The notes: a model not told the origin generated them from the sequence alone. Shown: positions 43,235 to 53,005, numbered from the stretch's first letter. The stretch is 64,000 nt of DNA from an uncultured Candidatus Rokubacteria bacterium (GCA_963771355.1 CAVYTA010000006.1:1024001-1088000), one strand, 5' to 3'. Made by a program: numbers and translations.

Positions 43235-43759
43235 GTGACGCGCCGGCGCGCGAGCAAGCGTTCCCGGACTGCCCGGGTTCCCCGGCGCCGTCGACCTCTG
43301 CCCCCCGTGCCCCCTGTGCCGCTCGCGCCCGCCGCGCCCCCCGCCGCCAAGGTCGAGGAGCGGGCGCTCCCCATCGTGCGCGAGCTCGCGCGGGTCGCCC
43401 GCAGCGGCGATGCGCCGATCGTGAAGCTGGAGGGCGCCCTGGAGGTGCTCTTCGGCGCCTATGGCGAAGGCGATCCTCATCTCTCCGAGCTCCTGGTGGA
43501 CGGCTGGTCGCGCGCGCGCGACGACAAGCAGTTCCGCCTCACCATGGCCTGGCTGCGAGAGCAGAGCCGGCTGTCGCTCGAGGAGATCCTGGAGGAAGGC
43601 ATGGCGGAGGGCGCCTTCCAGGCCGGGCTCGACACCGGCGCGGTGGCGGCGACCATACTCGGCGCGGCGGAGGGCTGCCTGCTCCAGGCGCCGAGCTCCG
43701 GGGGCCCGGTGGCGCCGTCCCGGCTGGTTCGCACCTTGCTCGCGCTGGTGCGGGGATAG
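43235..43759 (+). CDS. TetR C-terminal-like domain protein lacking an HTH; start uncertain
   Basis: LEEILEEGMAEGAF...AVAATILGAAEG resembles the TetR ligand domain; N-terminus Arg/Pro-rich. Confidence 0.6.
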   Translation: MTRRRASKRSRTARVPRRRRPLPPVPPVPLAPAAPPAAKVEERALPIVRELARVARSGDAPIVKLEGALEVLFGAYGEGDPHLSELLVDGWSRARDDKQFRLTMAWLREQSRLSLEEILEEGMAEGAFQAGLDTGAVAATILGAAEGCLLQAPSSGGPVAPSRLVRTLLALVRG

Positions 43760-43767
43760 CTCGCGCG

Positions 43768-44139
43768 TCAGCGGGGCTTGAGCTCGATCAGGTAGCCGTC
43801 CGGGTCCCGGAGATAGAGCGAGGGCCCGGTTCCGAACGCGCCCCGCCGGGTCACCACGCCTCCTTCCAGCGCCACCCCTCGGGCTCGGAGGCTCTCGGCG
43901 AGCGCGGGCAAATCGTCGCACCGGATGGACAGGCAGAAGTGGTCCATTCCCTCGGGGCCGCGCTCGCCGGGCAGGAGATCGATGAGGTTGGCCCCGAAGC
44001 GGAGCTGCACCAGCCGGATGGGCTCGTTGACGTGGTCCAGGGTGCAGCCCAGCACGCCGGTGTAGAAGCGCTGCGACGCCGCCTGATCGTGCACGCGGAG
44101 AACGACGTGATCCAGCCCCAGCGGCTCGAACCCGGTCAT
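43768..44139 (-). CDS. VOC/glyoxalase family protein
   Basis: LDHVVL, DHFCL, YLRDPDGYLIEL. Confidence 0.9.
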   Translation of the reverse strand: MTGFEPLGLDHVVLRVHDQAASQRFYTGVLGCTLDHVNEPIRLVQLRFGANLIDLLPGERGPEGMDHFCLSIRCDDLPALAESLRARGVALEGGVVTRRGAFGTGPSLYLRDPDGYLIELKPR

Positions 44140-44609
44140 GGGACCTCCCGGCTGCCGCGCGCCTCGAGCGCCAGCAGCACGGCCCCCGACATCATGATCG
44201 CGAGGCCGGCCATGGTGGAAAGCCCGTGCACGCGCCCGAAGCGGACGGCTTCCGGCGCGTCCGGTGTCCCCGCGGCGCGCGCCGCGAGTGCCCGGTCCCG
44301 GAGCGCCGCCGCCTCGGGCATGAGCCCGAACAGGGACCACGCGGTGAGGGCCAGCATGAGCAGCACAAGGACCAGCGGCAGCCGATCCGTCCAGCGGGGC
44401 GCGCGCCGGCGCCCGCGGGCGACGATGCCCGTTACGGCCAGCAGCCCCAGCGCCAGGCCCACCCAGTAGGAGCGCGACAGCACCGCCGTGACGAGCCGCG
44501 CGGCACTGGGTCGGTCCAGGGTGGCGAATGCCGCCGGCGCCACCACAAAGACGAAGAACCCCAGCATGCCCAGCCACAGCGCGATTGACACGAGGGTCAA
44601 GGTTCTCAT
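44136..44609 (-). CDS. DUF4149/TMEM205-like membrane protein
   Basis: WLGMLGFFVFVVAPAAF, FGRVHGLS. Confidence 0.78.
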   Translation of the reverse strand: MRTLTLVSIALWLGMLGFFVFVVAPAAFATLDRPSAARLVTAVLSRSYWVGLALGLLAVTGIVARGRRRAPRWTDRLPLVLVLLMLALTAWSLFGLMPEAAALRDRALAARAAGTPDAPEAVRFGRVHGLSTMAGLAIMMSGAVLLALEARGSREVP

Positions 44610-44660
44610 CGACCGGGATGGCTCTCCGTGAGAGGTCGCTGGAGATGGTAGCATGGGCCC

Positions 44661-45404
44661 GTGCGCGCCGTCCTCCTGCTCGTGGCCACGTTGCTCGCGC
44701 CGCCCGCGGGCGGGACCGCGCAGGCGCAGTCTCCCCTCGCCGCCGAGCTCCGCGCCTTCGCGTCCCGCTATCACGAGGACCCGCCGCGGCTCGACACGCT
44801 CTACACGGGGCTCACCGAAGCGCTCAAGACGGACTCTCACCTCGACAACTTTCTTGCCCTCGCGCAGGCCGCCTTTCTCTGGGGCGACATCCGCGCCCGC
44901 ACCGTGGAGGACAAGCTGGCGGCCTATGAGCGCGGCCGGCAGGCCGGCCAGCGCGCCGTCGAGCTCGCGCCGCGGAACGCCCTGGCTCACCTCTGGCTGG
45001 CGGTCAATGCGGGCCGATGGGGGCAGACCAAGGGCGTGCTTCGCTCGCTGTTCCTCCTCCCCACCGTGCGCGAGCACATGGAGGCGGCGCTGGAGCTGGA
45101 TCCCCGGCTGGTCCCCGCCTATACGCTCGCGGGCACGGTGTACGCGGAGGTGCCCGGACTCTTCGGGGGAGACTTGGAGAAGTCGGAAGCGCTCTTCCGC
45201 AAGGGGCTCGCGCTGGACCCTCGCTGGACGGGCGCCCGGGTCGGCCTCGCGCGCACCCTGCTCAAGCGCGGGCGCCGCGACGAGGCCCGGCGGGAGCTGG
45301 AAGCAGTGGTGGCGGAGCGCGCGCCCCGCAACCTCGCCGACTGGACGCTGAAGGACTCCCGCGACGCGCGCGACCTCCTCGCCGCCCTGGCCAAGGCTCA
45401 ATGA
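44661..45404 (+). CDS. Secreted TPR-repeat protein
   Basis: Signal peptide; AVELAP, ALELDP, GLALDP helical repeats. Confidence 0.8.
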   Translation: MRAVLLLVATLLAPPAGGTAQAQSPLAAELRAFASRYHEDPPRLDTLYTGLTEALKTDSHLDNFLALAQAAFLWGDIRARTVEDKLAAYERGRQAGQRAVELAPRNALAHLWLAVNAGRWGQTKGVLRSLFLLPTVREHMEAALELDPRLVPAYTLAGTVYAEVPGLFGGDLEKSEALFRKGLALDPRWTGARVGLARTLLKRGRRDEARRELEAVVAERAPRNLADWTLKDSRDARDLLAALAKAQ

Positions 45405-46081
45405 TACGGGGTCGCCCCGCGACGAACGCGCGTCCGGTCATCGGGCGTCTCATCGCGCGGCTGCGCCGAGAGCAGCCGGGCTGGCGAACCACTTCCCTCG
45501 CGGAGGTGGCGGCCGAACGCCGCGACCCGTTCCACGTGCTGATCGCCTGCGTGCTGTCGCTCCGTACCAAGGACGAGACCACGGGGCCCGCCGCCGCCCG
45601 CCTCTTCCGCCTCGCCGACACCCCCGAGGCCATGGGGCGCCTGGCGCGGCGTCAGATCGAGCGCGCGATCTATCCGGTGGGCTTCTATCGCACCAAGGCG
45701 CGCGTCATTCTCGGCATCTGCGCCGATCTCCTCGCGCGCTACGGGGGGCGCGTGCCCGACCGCATCGACGATCTCCTCACGCTGAAGGGCGTGGGGCGAA
45801 AGACCGCCAACCTGGTGGTGACGGTGGGCTTCGGCAAGCCGGGGATCTGCGTGGACGTCCACGTCCATCGGATCTCGAACCGGTGGGGCTTCATCCAAAC
45901 CCGGACGCCCGAGGAGAGCGAGCGGGCGCTCCGGGCGCGCCTGCCGCGGCGCTACTGGATCGGCTACAACGACCTGCTGGTGGCCTTCGGCCAGAACATC
46001 TGCCAGCCCGTGTCGCCGCGCTGCTCCACCTGCCCCGTGGCCGTCGCCTGTCCGCGCGTGGGGGTCACGCGCTCCCGCTGA
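45401..46081 (+). CDS. nth: Endonuclease III
   Basis: HhH GVGRKTA, VDVHVHR, CX6CX2CX5C 4Fe-4S motif; ATGA-coupled start. Confidence 0.93.
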   Translation: MIRGRPATNARPVIGRLIARLRREQPGWRTTSLAEVAAERRDPFHVLIACVLSLRTKDETTGPAAARLFRLADTPEAMGRLARRQIERAIYPVGFYRTKARVILGICADLLARYGGRVPDRIDDLLTLKGVGRKTANLVVTVGFGKPGICVDVHVHRISNRWGFIQTRTPEESERALRARLPRRYWIGYNDLLVAFGQNICQPVSPRCSTCPVAVACPRVGVTRSR

Positions 46082-46088
46082 GCCGCGC

Positions 46089-46751
46089 TCACGCGTCCAG
46101 GGCCCGCTCGAGGGAAGCGAGCTCGTCTCGCACCCGCCGCAGCCGCCGCGTGAGCGCCGGGCCCCGCGGGCGCGTCCGCAACAGCCCGCCCTCCAGCACG
46201 GAGAGGAAGGCCGCCGAGATCTCCTCGGCGCCCCACCGGCCGGCCGGGTTGTACCACTTGTAGAGCCAGTTCAGCATGCCCAGCATCCCAAACACCACCA
46301 GCCGCGCCGGCACGTCGCGGAACACGCCCCGGCGCACCCCTTCCGTGACGAGCGCCTCCACCCCCTTGTCGTAGCGGTCCTTCTGGGCGGCCAGCAAGCG
46401 CGCGAACCGCGGCGGCAGGTTGGCCTCCTCGCTGAAGAACACGGTGAGGAATGATCGGTTGGCGATCACGAAGCGCACGTGCTGCCGGACCACGCGCCGC
46501 AGCTTCTCCTCGGGGGGGAGATCGGAGCGCAGCACCAGCCCCAGCTCGCGGGTGAAGCCCTCGATGGTCTCCCGCGAGATGGCGGCCAGCATCTCCTCCT
46601 TGGCGCGAAAATAAGCGTAGAGGGAGGCCTTGGACATGGCGAGCCGGCGGGCGATGTCGTCCAGGGTGGAGGCGCGGTAGCCGCGCTCTCGGAAGAGGTC
46701 GGCGGCGGTCCGGAGGATCTGGTCCCGCACCGCCTGGCGCCGCGGCTTCAT
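46089..46751 (-). CDS. TetR/AcrR regulator (KstR2-like)
   Basis: AADLFRERGY...SLYAYFRAKEE; MLNWLYKWY. Confidence 0.92.
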   Translation of the reverse strand: MKPRRQAVRDQILRTAADLFRERGYRASTLDDIARRLAMSKASLYAYFRAKEEMLAAISRETIEGFTRELGLVLRSDLPPEEKLRRVVRQHVRFVIANRSFLTVFFSEEANLPPRFARLLAAQKDRYDKGVEALVTEGVRRGVFRDVPARLVVFGMLGMLNWLYKWYNPAGRWGAEEISAAFLSVLEGGLLRTRPRGPALTRRLRRVRDELASLERALDA

Positions 46752-46764
46752 GGAGGCAGTCTAC

Positions 46765-46826
46765 TTGACCGGCGGCGGAGCCTCGTGGTAAAAACTCGTA
46801 AGTCCAGTTTCCCGACTTTCGAGTTT
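46765..46826 (+). promoter_or_regulatory. Promoter plus inverted-repeat operator for the diiron gene
   Basis: TTGACC-N18-TAAAAA (TG extension); IR aaactcgtaagtc-N9-gactttcgagttt (12/13) at 46792-46826. Confidence 0.65.
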
Positions 46827-46853
46827 CCACCCCCGGGTACAGGAGAGGCCCCC

Positions 46854-47837
46854 ATGAGCGACGCCATGGATCGCCGCGTGATTCCCAGCACCCTCGACAC
46901 GGTGTTCGAGTTCGACTACACCGTCCAGGCCGAGGACATGCGCGGCCTGTACGAGAAGGCCAAGCGCGACCAGTGGAACGCCAGCCGCGACATCGCCTGG
47001 GCCACCCCCGAGCCCTCCGACGGCCGCGTCCTCGCCGATGAGCTGGTGGACATCCACGGGAGCCCCCTCTGGGAGCGCCTCAGCGAGAAGGACCGCGTGG
47101 AGCTGAACCGCCGCATCACCGCGTGGCGGCTCTCCGTGCTGGTGTACGGGGAGCAGGGCGCCATGCTCGCCTGCAGCCAGCTGGTGGACACCGTAGCCGG
47201 CGCCGACGCCAAGTTCTTCCAGGCCACCCAGGTCATGGACGAGGCCCGGCACAATGAGGTACTCGAGCGCTACATCCAGCATCGGCTGGGCGGGCTGCAC
47301 TACCCCATGCCCGAGAACGAGCGCTTCCTCTTCGACGCCATCCTCACGGACTCGCGCTGGTACATCAAGACCATCGCGCTGCAGCTGGTGGCGGAAACCT
47401 TCGCGGTCTCCATGTTCCGGATGATGCAGGAGTGCGCCGTCGACCCGCTGCTGGGCGAGGTGTGCGGCCGCATCCTCCAGGACGAGTCGCGGCACATGGG
47501 CTTCGGCATGCTGGCTCTACCCGCCATCGTGAAGGAAGCGAGCGCCCGGGAGCGCGAGGAGATGGAGGACTTCACCTGCACCGCGGTGGAAAAGGTCCTC
47601 ACCGGATTCTTCCCCATCGACGTCTACCGGGATATGGGGTTCTCGCCCGCGCAGATCGCCGAGGTCCAGACCTACCGGCGGGGCGTGGCGGCGCGAAACG
47701 ACTACGCCGTGTTCCGGAAGCACTTCCGGCGCGAGATGCACGCCGCCATGGTCACGAACCTCGCGCGCATCGGGCTCCTCACCGAGCGGGTGCGGCCGCG
47801 GCTGGCCGCGCTGGGGATCACGCTGCCCGCCGTCTAG
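46854..47837 (+). CDS. Ferritin-like diiron protein (AurF-like oxygenase family)
   Basis: LYEKAKRDQW, EQGA, DEARH, E, DESRH; SD AGGAG. Confidence 0.82.
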   Translation: MSDAMDRRVIPSTLDTVFEFDYTVQAEDMRGLYEKAKRDQWNASRDIAWATPEPSDGRVLADELVDIHGSPLWERLSEKDRVELNRRITAWRLSVLVYGEQGAMLACSQLVDTVAGADAKFFQATQVMDEARHNEVLERYIQHRLGGLHYPMPENERFLFDAILTDSRWYIKTIALQLVAETFAVSMFRMMQECAVDPLLGEVCGRILQDESRHMGFGMLALPAIVKEASAREREEMEDFTCTAVEKVLTGFFPIDVYRDMGFSPAQIAEVQTYRRGVAARNDYAVFRKHFRREMHAAMVTNLARIGLLTERVRPRLAALGITLPAV

Positions 47838-48307
47838 CCCAGCAGCACCCGAAGACGCATCTCGCGGTGGGCGAAGGCGGCGACGAGGCGCCGCTCGCCC
47901 CCCAGGCCGTGCAGGGCATTCCCCAGCGCGCCCCCCGGCAGCCGGTACGTCACCCGGTCCTCCACCCACGTGCCCGCCCGCGCGGTGGGGAGGTCCTCCT
48001 CGGGCCCCTCCAGGAATCGATGGCGATGCTCCCAGCGCGCGAAGGGACCGCGGACCTGCGCGTCCACGAAGCGATAGGGCGCGTCCCACTCGCGCACCAC
48101 CATCCTCCACCGGGTGGGCACCCCGAAGATGGAGAGGCGGAAGTCGAGCACCGCGCCCGCCCCGAGCGCCGGCGGCGGGACCAGCCAGCGCAGGCGCGCG
48201 CGCGGGGGGCTCACGCGCTCGAGGTGATGGGGATCGGCGAAGAAGGCGAAGACCTCGGCACGTGGTCGGGGCAGCCAGAATCGCGTCTCGAGGACGTGGT
48301 CGGCCAT
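47834..48307 (-). CDS. SRPBCC family protein
   Basis: EVFAFF, FVDAQVRGPFARWEHRHRF, DRVTY. Confidence 0.85.
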   Translation of the reverse strand: MADHVLETRFWLPRPRAEVFAFFADPHHLERVSPPRARLRWLVPPPALGAGAVLDFRLSIFGVPTRWRMVVREWDAPYRFVDAQVRGPFARWEHRHRFLEGPEEDLPTARAGTWVEDRVTYRLPGGALGNALHGLGGERRLVAAFAHREMRLRVLLG

Positions 48308-48330
48308 GCGCGACGGGCTATCATACGCAG

Positions 48331-49263
48331 GTGCCGTCCGGCCGTCAAACCCGTCCCTACCTGATCCTGAGCCTGATCGCCGCCCTCTGGGGCTCCTACC
48401 CCGTCTTCGCCAAGATCGCGCTCGTCCACTTCCCGCCCTACGTGCTCGTCGCGCTCCGCACCAGTCTCGCCTCCGCCTTCCTCGCCGTGCTGCTCTTCCG
48501 TCGGGGCTTCGATGATTTCCGCGCGCTGTCCTGGGGGGACCTGCGCGTCTTCGCCCTCCTCGGCTTCACCGGGATCTTCGTGTCCACCGGCGGGACGTAT
48601 CTCGGCATCGCCTTCACGACCGCCTCCAGCGCGGCCCTGCTCCAGGCGGCCTCGCCGGTGATGGTGGCGATCGGGGCGTGGCTCTATCTGAGCGAGCGGC
48701 TACGCCGGCGCCAGTGGGCGGGGGTGATCCTGTCGGCGCTGGGGGTGCTCCTGGTGGTGACGCGCGGGAGCTGGCGGGCCATCGTGCACTTCGAGCTCCT
48801 GCCCGGCGACTTCATCCTCCTGCTGAGCCAGGCCGGCTGGGCCGTGTACACCGTGTACGGCAAGCGAGTGCTCGCCGTGCACTCACCCGCCGTCGCCACC
48901 ACCGCGGCCTATGTCCTGGGCTCGCTGATGCTGCTGCCGGTGCCCTTCATCACCGCGCGGTTCTTCCCCGCCCCCGACTGGGGTTCACCGGTGGCCTGGA
49001 GCGTGGTGGCCATCCAGGGTGTCCTGGGCGCGATCGCGCATGTGTGGTGGTACGAGGGGGTGCACCGCGTGGGCGCGAGCCGCGCCGCGATCTTCATGAA
49101 CCTGCAGCCGGTGGTGGGCGTCCTGCTCGCATGGCTCATGCTGGGAGAGACCATCGAGCCCGCCGAGATCGTGGGCGGGCTCGCCGTGCTCACGGGCGTG
49201 GGGCTGACGACCCGGGCGGGGCAGCGGGCGACGGGGCCCACCCCGCCCCGCCCCGCCACCTAG
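48331..49263 (+). CDS. EamA/DMT family transporter
   Basis: About 10 TMs, LWG, ERL..QWAG, FMNLQPV. Confidence 0.9.
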   Translation: MPSGRQTRPYLILSLIAALWGSYPVFAKIALVHFPPYVLVALRTSLASAFLAVLLFRRGFDDFRALSWGDLRVFALLGFTGIFVSTGGTYLGIAFTTASSAALLQAASPVMVAIGAWLYLSERLRRRQWAGVILSALGVLLVVTRGSWRAIVHFELLPGDFILLLSQAGWAVYTVYGKRVLAVHSPAVATTAAYVLGSLMLLPVPFITARFFPAPDWGSPVAWSVVAIQGVLGAIAHVWWYEGVHRVGASRAAIFMNLQPVVGVLLAWLMLGETIEPAEIVGGLAVLTGVGLTTRAGQRATGPTPPRPAT

Positions 49264-49727
49264 CCGATCTTCTTGACCTGCGCCAGGATCTTGTCGGGAT
49301 CGGGCAGCTCACCGCGCGCGTAGCGCTCGACGAAGCGCACGATACCCTGCGAATCCACGATGAAGGTCGCCCGAACGTTGGCGTTCCAGTCCGGCCAGTA
49401 CACGCCGTAGTCCTTGGCTACCGTCCGGTGCGCGTCGGACAGCAGCGGGTAGTGCGAGATGCCCACGGACTTGGCCCAGTTCTCGTGGCTGAAGGGGCTG
49501 TCCGTACTGATACCCAGCACCTGGGTATTCGCCGCCTCGAAATCGCTCACACGTTGATCGAAGGCGGGCATGCACTTGGATCAGCCGGGCGTCCAGTCCA
49601 GCGGGTAGAACAGGAGCACGACGTTCTTGCCCCGCAAGTCCCGGAGACTCGTCTCCTTGAGCCCGATGCCCTTGAGCGTGAAATCGGGGGCGGGGTCTCC
49701 CACCGCGAGGGTCTTGTCTTCGCTCAT
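49260..49727 (-). CDS. Peroxiredoxin (AhpC/TSA, AhpE/BCP-like) with in-frame TGA at codon 49, predicted selenocysteine
   Basis: ...FYPLDWTPG-TGA(49581-49583)-SKCMPAF...; both halves are in one frame and TGA sits at the peroxidatic Cys position of PxxxTxxC. Confidence 0.9.
49510..49567 (-). promoter_or_regulatory. Candidate SECIS hairpin(s) 3' of the UGA
   Basis: CCGCCTTCGA...TCGAGGCGG stem starting 14 nt after UGA; second perfect stem ATACCCAG-GTG-CTGGGTAT. Confidence 0.55.
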
Positions 49728-50671
49728 CGTCCCATCCCTCCCTTCGCCTTGCGATACGGTCGGCGCTCGAGCTCCGGCTCCGAGAGGCGCCGACCCAGGG
49801 GGCGGCGCGGCAGCGCGCCGGCCGGCTTGCGCTGCGCGCTCCAGAGCGCCCGGCGCTGCGTCTCGAGCGGCGTATCGGCGAGCCCAAGGAAGCCCGCCGC
49901 CGTCACCACCTGGCCCGTATCCCACAGCCGCCGGAAGCGCTCGCGGTAGTCTGCCTTCCGTACCGCGTGATGATCCATGATCACCCGGCAGCCGGTGCGG
50001 TCGATGATGCGCAGCAGATGCTCCACCCCCTGCTCGATGAAAGCGTGGCCCAGCCGATGCTCCAGATACGCGGGCGCGCCCGACAGATAGAGGAGGCTCG
50101 GCCGCTCCCGCGCGAGATAGGCGGCGGCGACGGGCGACAGCGGACCCTGGACATCGGAGGCGTGCACGAAGCGACGCCCCGAGCGCCGGTCGGTGACGGT
50201 CAGCGCCACCACGTAGCCCAGACCGGACATCTCCGCGCCGTGCGGCAGCGGCGGCGAGGCGGTCAGGATGCAGTCCGGTGTCTCCACGCATCGGCCGTCG
50301 GCGGAGTCGAGCCGCGCCCGGCTCTCGGTCTCGAGCCAGAACTGGCGCGCCCGCTCCGCCTGGGTCCCCGAGACCATGCGCTGGGGATCCTTGGCGAGCA
50401 CGCCTCGGTCCGCGTAGAAGGCGGGGTCGTGGCGATAGTGCTCGTCGTGGTAGTGGCTCACGAAGATCCAGCCCGCGCGCTCGGCGTAGGCGGCGATGCG
50501 GTCATTGGCACGGCGCAGAGCCTCCCACTCCGCCTCCGCCGGCGGCAGGCCGAAACGCGCGGCCCCGAGCGCCGCGCCGGGGTCGATGAGCAGACGCGTC
50601 CCCCCGCATTCGACGTAGGTCGCCATGGATCGCACCCCGAGCGAATCCGCCGCCAGTGGGACGACGTTCAT
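49724..50671 (-). CDS. Metallo-beta-lactamase-fold protein, UPF0282-like
   Basis: ADSLGVRSMAT, IDPG, SHYHDEH, HASDVQG, DHH. Confidence 0.78.
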   Translation of the reverse strand: MNVVPLAADSLGVRSMATYVECGGTRLLIDPGAALGAARFGLPPAEAEWEALRRANDRIAAYAERAGWIFVSHYHDEHYRHDPAFYADRGVLAKDPQRMVSGTQAERARQFWLETESRARLDSADGRCVETPDCILTASPPLPHGAEMSGLGYVVALTVTDRRSGRRFVHASDVQGPLSPVAAAYLARERPSLLYLSGAPAYLEHRLGHAFIEQGVEHLLRIIDRTGCRVIMDHHAVRKADYRERFRRLWDTGQVVTAAGFLGLADTPLETQRRALWSAQRKPAGALPRRPLGRRLSEPELERRPYRKAKGGMGR

Positions 50672-50705
50672 CTCATCAGTCCTTGCGCAGATGCACGGGG
50701 CGGGC

Positions 50706-51467
50706 TCAGATGCATCGGCCGCCATCCACCTCGAGCGTCGTGCCCGTGATCATCGCCGCGTCGTCCGAGGCCAGGAAGAGCGCCGCCCGCGCGAGGTCCT
50801 CCGGCTGGTTGAGCCGGCCCAGCGGCACGGTGCTGCGATATCGGGCCATCCCTTCGTCGTCCACCTTGTCCTTGCCCATGAACGCCGGGAGCATCGGCGT
50901 CTCGGTGGCCACGGGGGCGATCGCCACCACGCGCACGCCGAAGGGCGCCAGCTCCAGGGCCAGGCTCTTGGCCAGGACGTGCACCGCCCCCTTGGACGCC
51001 GAATAGCACTGCACGCCCGGCCGCGGCCGCACCGCCGAGGTGGAGCCCGTGATCAGGAACACGCCGCTCCGCTGTCGCTTCATGACCGGCGCCGCGTACT
51101 TGGCGCCCAGGAATGGCCCCTTCACGTTCACCGCCATGATGCGGTCGAAGGTGGCCTCGTCCACGTCCTCCACGGGGGTGGGGCGCTCGGGCACCCCCGC
51201 GTTCGCGTAGAAGATGTCGAGCCGGCCCCAGCGCGCCACGGTCTGCTCCACCGCGGCCTGGTTGTCGGCCGACCGGCTCACGTCGGCGCGCAGCGCGAGG
51301 GCCTGGCCACCCGCGCGCTCGATCTCCTGCGCGGTGGCCTTGGCCGCCTCTTCCCGCACGTCCACCACCGCCACCCGCGCGCCCTCGCGCGCGAAGAGGA
51401 GGGCGGTCGCCTGCCCGATGCCGGAGCCCGCGCCCGTGATCAACGCCACCTTGTCCTTGAGCTTCAT
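50706..51467 (-). CDS. Short-chain dehydrogenase/reductase
   Basis: TGAGSGIG, NAG, YSASK, VDGG. Confidence 0.93.
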   Translation of the reverse strand: MKLKDKVALITGAGSGIGQATALLFAREGARVAVVDVREEAAKATAQEIERAGGQALALRADVSRSADNQAAVEQTVARWGRLDIFYANAGVPERPTPVEDVDEATFDRIMAVNVKGPFLGAKYAAPVMKRQRSGVFLITGSTSAVRPRPGVQCYSASKGAVHVLAKSLALELAPFGVRVVAIAPVATETPMLPAFMGKDKVDDEGMARYRSTVPLGRLNQPEDLARAALFLASDDAAMITGTTLEVDGGRCI

Positions 51468-51955
51468 GGTCGGCCTCCCCCTCCCGGCGGGTCCTGCTTG
51501 ACGTCGGCCACGGTGCCGCCTGTCCCCTGCACGAGCTCGTCCAGCGTGAGCGGGAACACGCACTCCGGCACGCCCGCCGCCGCGTAGATCAGGTCGTGAC
51601 GGCCCAGATCCGCGTCGATCCAGATCGGCAGCTTCGAGGCGTGCCCGAAGGGTGGGATGCCCCCGATGGCGAAGCCCGTGGCCTGCCGCACGACGTCCGG
51701 GTCGGCTCTGTGGACGATACCACCGGCCAGCCGGCCCACCTTGCCCTCGTCCACCCGGTTCACTCCCGACGCCACCACCATGATCGGCGCGCCGTCGACG
51801 GTGAACACCAGGGACTTCGCGATCTGCGCAACCTCCACTCCCAGCGCCTCCGCGGCCTCCCGCGACGTGCGCGCGGTCTTCTCCAGCTCGATCACCCGGC
51901 GATCGAGGCCCCGCTCGGCGATGGCGGCCTGCACGCGCTCGACGGCGGGCTTCAC
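51464..51955 (-). CDS. YbaK/EbsC aminoacyl-tRNA deacylase family
   Basis: QIAKSL, TGFAIGGIPPFGH, YAAAG. Confidence 0.9.
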   Translation of the reverse strand: MKPAVERVQAAIAERGLDRRVIELEKTARTSREAAEALGVEVAQIAKSLVFTVDGAPIMVVASGVNRVDEGKVGRLAGGIVHRADPDVVRQATGFAIGGIPPFGHASKLPIWIDADLGRHDLIYAAAGVPECVFPLTLDELVQGTGGTVADVKQDPPGGGGRP

Positions 51956-51962
51956 CGGAGGC

Positions 51963-52991
51963 TCAAAGGGTCAGCTCCGCCATGAGGCGCAGCGCCTCCG
52001 GCGATTTGGCCCCACAGATCAGCGTGGTGATACCCGAGGTCTTCCAGGCGTCCAGCCGCTCGCGGATGCGCTCCTTGGGGCCGCACAGCGCGATCTCGTC
52101 GACGAGCGCGTCGGGCACCGCGGCGGCGGCCTCCTCCTTCTTGCCCGCGAGGTAGAGATCCTGGATGCGCCGGGCCTCGCCCTCGTAGCCGTAGCGCGAC
52201 ACGAGATCGTTGTAGAAGTTCTTCCCGCGCGCCCCCATGCCGCCCACGTACAGGGCCAGCCGCGGTTTGATCTCGGCGCGGCACCGATCCACGTCGGCGC
52301 CCGGCACGATGGCCACCGTGGGTGCCACGTCGAACGTGGCCAGCGACTTTCCCCCGCCCGCGGCCCGGAAGCCCGCGTCGAGGTACTCGCGGAACACCGG
52401 CATGCGCTGGGCCGAGAAGAAGATGGGCAGGAGGCCGTCCGCGATCTCCGCCGCGAGGGCTACGTTCTTCGGGCCGATGGCGGCGAGGTAGATCGGGATG
52501 TCGGGGCGCCCGTGAAGAATGGACTTGAGCGGCTTACCCAGCCCGGTGGCATCCGCCCCGCGATAGGGGATCTGATAGTACTCGCCCTTGAATTCCACCG
52601 GCCGCTCCCGGCGCCACACTGATCGGATCACCTCGACGTACTCGCGCGTACGCGCCAGCGGCTTCCCGAAGGGTACGCCATGCCAGCCTTCCACCACCTG
52701 CGGCCCCGAAACACCCAGGCCCAGCAGGAAACGCCCGCCGGAGAGCTGGTCCAGGGTGAGCGCAGTGGTGGCGGTGAGCACGGGGGTGCGGCCCGCGATC
52801 TGCATGATGGCGGTCCCCACGCGGATGCGCTCCGTGCGCGCGGCCACCCAGGTGAGAGGGGTGACCGCGTCGGAGCCATAGGCCTCGGCCGACCACACCG
52901 AGTGGAAGCCGAGCCGGTCCGCCTCCTGGACCAAGGTGAGGTCCATGCCCATGGCGGAGCCGGAATAGCCGAGATTGAGCCCGAGTCGCAT
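51963..52991 (-). CDS. LLM-class (probably F420-dependent) oxidoreductase
   Basis: [33 protein letters not shown]. Confidence 0.9.
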   Translation of the reverse strand: MRLGLNLGYSGSAMGMDLTLVQEADRLGFHSVWSAEAYGSDAVTPLTWVAARTERIRVGTAIMQIAGRTPVLTATTALTLDQLSGGRFLLGLGVSGPQVVEGWHGVPFGKPLARTREYVEVIRSVWRRERPVEFKGEYYQIPYRGADATGLGKPLKSILHGRPDIPIYLAAIGPKNVALAAEIADGLLPIFFSAQRMPVFREYLDAGFRAAGGGKSLATFDVAPTVAIVPGADVDRCRAEIKPRLALYVGGMGARGKNFYNDLVSRYGYEGEARRIQDLYLAGKKEEAAAAVPDALVDEIALCGPKERIRERLDAWKTSGITTLICGAKSPEALRLMAELTL

Positions 52992-53005
52992 CGCGCCTCC
53001 CCCGC

